Translations under genes and position numbers: made by a program
Notes under the pieces: model-generated
Database searches by the model: none
Told to the model about the DNA's origin: nothing
What the model saw: only the letters and a program-made list of their open reading frames with translations
NCBI GenBank assembly: GCA_965202985.1
Contig: CBDBCF010000001.1
Coordinates: 1,376,001 to 1,440,000, forward strand
Length of the DNA: 64,000 bases
DNA from: Longimicrobiales bacterium
GTDB lineage: Bacteria; Gemmatimonadota; Gemmatimonadetes; Longimicrobiales; Gaopeijiaceae
Direction: 5' to 3'
Shown here: piece after piece, positions 62,000 to 64,000 of the stretch
Position numbering within the stretch: the stretch's first letter is position 1
How the letters are laid out: each line of letters opens with the position of its first letter

Positions 62000-62603
62000 G
62001 CTTCAACCGCGCAGCGAGGAAGTCCAGCAGCCTCTTTGCATGGGGCGATGCCTTGGCGACCAGCTTCGGGTCGAGCGTCGCCAGCACGGCGAAGGAGTCC
62101 CGCCCTTTGTGGTATCGCCTGCGCACGCCGCACGGGCGCGTCGCCTCCTTCAACCCGTTCAACGCGTCCTGCTTCGGCACAGCCTCGACGGCGGGGTTGC
62201 GCGGCAGTGCATTGCGGTTGAACCGGGCACCAAAGTGCTCGCGAAGACAGTCCTTGTCGGCCAAGAACCAGGACTCCATGCACTGGACCATGAGGTGCAC
62301 GTTGTCGTCGGTGGCGCTGTCCGGCCGAGCCCAGCCGTCGCGCTCGTTCAAGTGCATCCAAGGACTTGACGCCCCGACGGGACCTTCGCTGTCAACCAAC
62401 AGCAAGACGATGTCGGACGCGGATGTCCGCGCCAGGGCGGTACGGAAGTCGTCATAGGCGTTCTTCCGTCCGCCGCACGCTACGATCCGCGGCATCCTTC
62501 CTTCCAGGCCCGACTTTCGCAGAAAATCACGAAATCCCTCGCGACACCTGATCTTCGTGTCCTTGCTGTCACCACCGCCCTCTACGAAAATCGTGGCGCT
62601 CAC
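61983..62603 (-). CDS. DUF4276-family (TOPRIM-like) protein
   Basis: IFVEGGG, CREGF, ACGGR, LLVDSE, MVQCMESWFLAD, YHKG; GTG start overlapping the ATPase stop. Confidence 0.8.
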   Translation of the reverse strand: MSATIFVEGGGDSKDTKIRCREGFRDFLRKSGLEGRMPRIVACGGRKNAYDDFRTALARTSASDIVLLLVDSEGPVGASSPWMHLNERDGWARPDSATDDNVHLMVQCMESWFLADKDCLREHFGARFNRNALPRNPAVEAVPKQDALNGLKEATRPCGVRRRYHKGRDSFAVLATLDPKLVAKASPHAKRLLDFLAARLKPTAPR

Positions 62604-63775
62604 CACCGCGTTCCTCCGATATGACCGGAGGTCCAGAGTTCCCCGAGTCGGTAGCGCTCGAGCCAATCGGCAAGGTCTTTCCGGTCAAGTCGCTTGAGCT
62701 TCGTTCCTTCGTCGTGCTTTTCGCAGACGACGACACTCTCCGGCGTTTCGGTGAGCGCGTCCACAAGCACGTCCGAGTGGGTCGTGACGATCAGCTGACA
62801 ACGTTCGGAAGCTTTTTGCATAAGGTCCGCCAAGCCCGGGAGAATATCCGGGTGGAGACCCAGCTCCGGTTCTTCCAGGCACACAACCGGTGGAGGCTTC
62901 GGGTCGCACAAAATCGCCAAAAGGCAGAGATACCGCAGTGCGCCATCGGACAGGCGGGTGGCCGGAATCGAATGGTCGCCCTCCTGCAATTCCAATCGAA
63001 CGGTGCCGAAGTCTACGCTCACGTGAACGTCCGAGATGCCTTCGTACAACCTGCGAAGCGCATTTATCATTTCTCGTCTCACGCCTGGGTTTCCCGTCAG
63101 GCGGTTGAGGACCAGCCCCAGATTGCGTCCGTTGTCCTCGAGGTACGCGTTCGGAAGATCCGTTCTCTGGGGAAGCCTCAGCTCTGCATTGCGCCCGATC
63201 GTCCATTCGCGATAGAGTCGCATCTTGCCAAACTGTTCTCCGACGGAAGTGATCTCCGGGTAGTGCTTCAGGTCCTTGAGCACGGCAAAGATCGATTGGT
63301 TGGGCTCCAGCTCGATGCTCACGTCGCGACGCGCATTGGAGGATCCGCCTCGACGTGCACGCAAGTCCGCCGTGGTGACTACAACCCGCGAATAATACAA
63401 GTGCTTCCTGCGGGGGGAAGACAAGTACTCGGCGGAAACCAAATCCTCGTCAACAATGCGAAACCTGGAATCACTGTCGTTTGCCGAAAACGACAGCTTG
63501 TAGGCCAGATCTCCCGCTTCGGGAGTACTCAGTACGACAACGACACGAGCCGACCCTCCGCCTTCCCCCTTCCACCTCCATTCGTTCACGCCGCCGCCGT
63601 TGCGAAGCGGCGCTTCGATCTCCGTCGGCGCCGCCTTCAGCAAGCCGACGACGTCCAGGAAGTTGGACTTCCCGGAGCCGTTGGGTCCGATCAGCACGTT
63701 CAGGGGCTGCATGTCGAGCTCCTGCTGTTCGCCGAACGACAGAATGCCGTCAAGCACGACTTTGCGAATCAGCAC
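62600..63775 (-). CDS. ABC-type/AAA_21 ATPase
   Basis: IGPNGSGKSN, signature LSDGALR, CLEEPELGLHP, VTTHS, LGELW. Confidence 0.92.
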   Translation of the reverse strand: MLIRKVVLDGILSFGEQQELDMQPLNVLIGPNGSGKSNFLDVVGLLKAAPTEIEAPLRNGGGVNEWRWKGEGGGSARVVVVLSTPEAGDLAYKLSFSANDSDSRFRIVDEDLVSAEYLSSPRRKHLYYSRVVVTTADLRARRGGSSNARRDVSIELEPNQSIFAVLKDLKHYPEITSVGEQFGKMRLYREWTIGRNAELRLPQRTDLPNAYLEDNGRNLGLVLNRLTGNPGVRREMINALRRLYEGISDVHVSVDFGTVRLELQEGDHSIPATRLSDGALRYLCLLAILCDPKPPPVVCLEEPELGLHPDILPGLADLMQKASERCQLIVTTHSDVLVDALTETPESVVVCEKHDEGTKLKRLDRKDLADWLERYRLGELWTSGHIGGTRW

Positions 63776-64000
63776 CGGCGGTCCACCAAGCGCCGTATTT
63801 CCTGTACTGCAACCGACAAGCCGGCCAGGGAGACGCCCTTTTCGGCGGTCACCTCTTCCAAGACTTCGTGGAAGCGGCGCAGCTCGGGGCGGTTCCGAAT
63901 CACGGAGGCGTCTGCGATCCCCGGTCCGTCGCCGGTCAGCCCCTCTTCCGTCAACCGGCGGCGGATCGCGCCCAGGTCGTTGATCAGGCCCAGGCCCCAG
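63769..64000 (-). CDS. 3' end of a gene starting outside the window, possibly large NAD-specific glutamate dehydrogenase
   Basis: Open frame to the window edge ending ...SLAGLSVAVQEIRRLVDRRC*, similar to the LxxLSVAxxExRxL C-terminus of large NAD-GDHs. Confidence 0.45.
   Translation of the reverse strand, partial: WGLGLINDLGAIRRRLTEEGLTGDGPGIADASVIRNRPELRRFHEVLEEVTAEKGVSLAGLSVAVQEIRRLVDRRC

Overview
A GC-rich bacterial chromosomal segment. The gene content (secreted BNR/VPS10-type proteins, many peptidases, a PorX-like regulator next to msbA/lpxL/GT2/DUF3108) suggests a Gram-negative heterotroph, possibly Gemmatimonadota; this is inference only. The backbone encodes peptide scavenging (PepX, M16, M81, DmpA, M14, DAACS symporter), envelope/LPS genes, heme o synthase and a coxSLM-DE molybdo-hydroxylase cluster that is not a form I CO dehydrogenase. 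Several visibly lower-GC accessory cassettes are embedded in it. (1) 2652-12675: a six-gene co-oriented locus of ParB/Srx-like protein, small PD-(D/E)xK-like protein, SNF2 helicase, [decayed IS21], second ParB-like paralog, B12-binding-type radical SAM enzyme and MORC/Hsp90-like GHKL ATPase. It has the architecture of a DNA-modification/restriction defence system in which a radical SAM enzyme takes the place of a classical methyltransferase, and is the best candidate for an undescribed system. (2) 27681-32611: a four-gene membrane module with a MotA/ExbB/ZorA-like subunit carrying a long helical tail, a MotB-like subunit with Glu instead of Asp and no OmpA domain, a multi-TM protein and a membrane-anchored vWA-like protein, i.e. 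a Zorya-like motor without recognisable Zorya effectors. (3) ABC-type ATPase + PIN + MNT (22327-24527) and ABC-type ATPase + DUF4276 (61983-63775) cassettes. A decayed lasso-peptide-type B2/nucleotidyltransferase remnant is also present. No rRNA, tRNA or CRISPR array was recognised. All family calls come from motifs read by eye; no database search was run.
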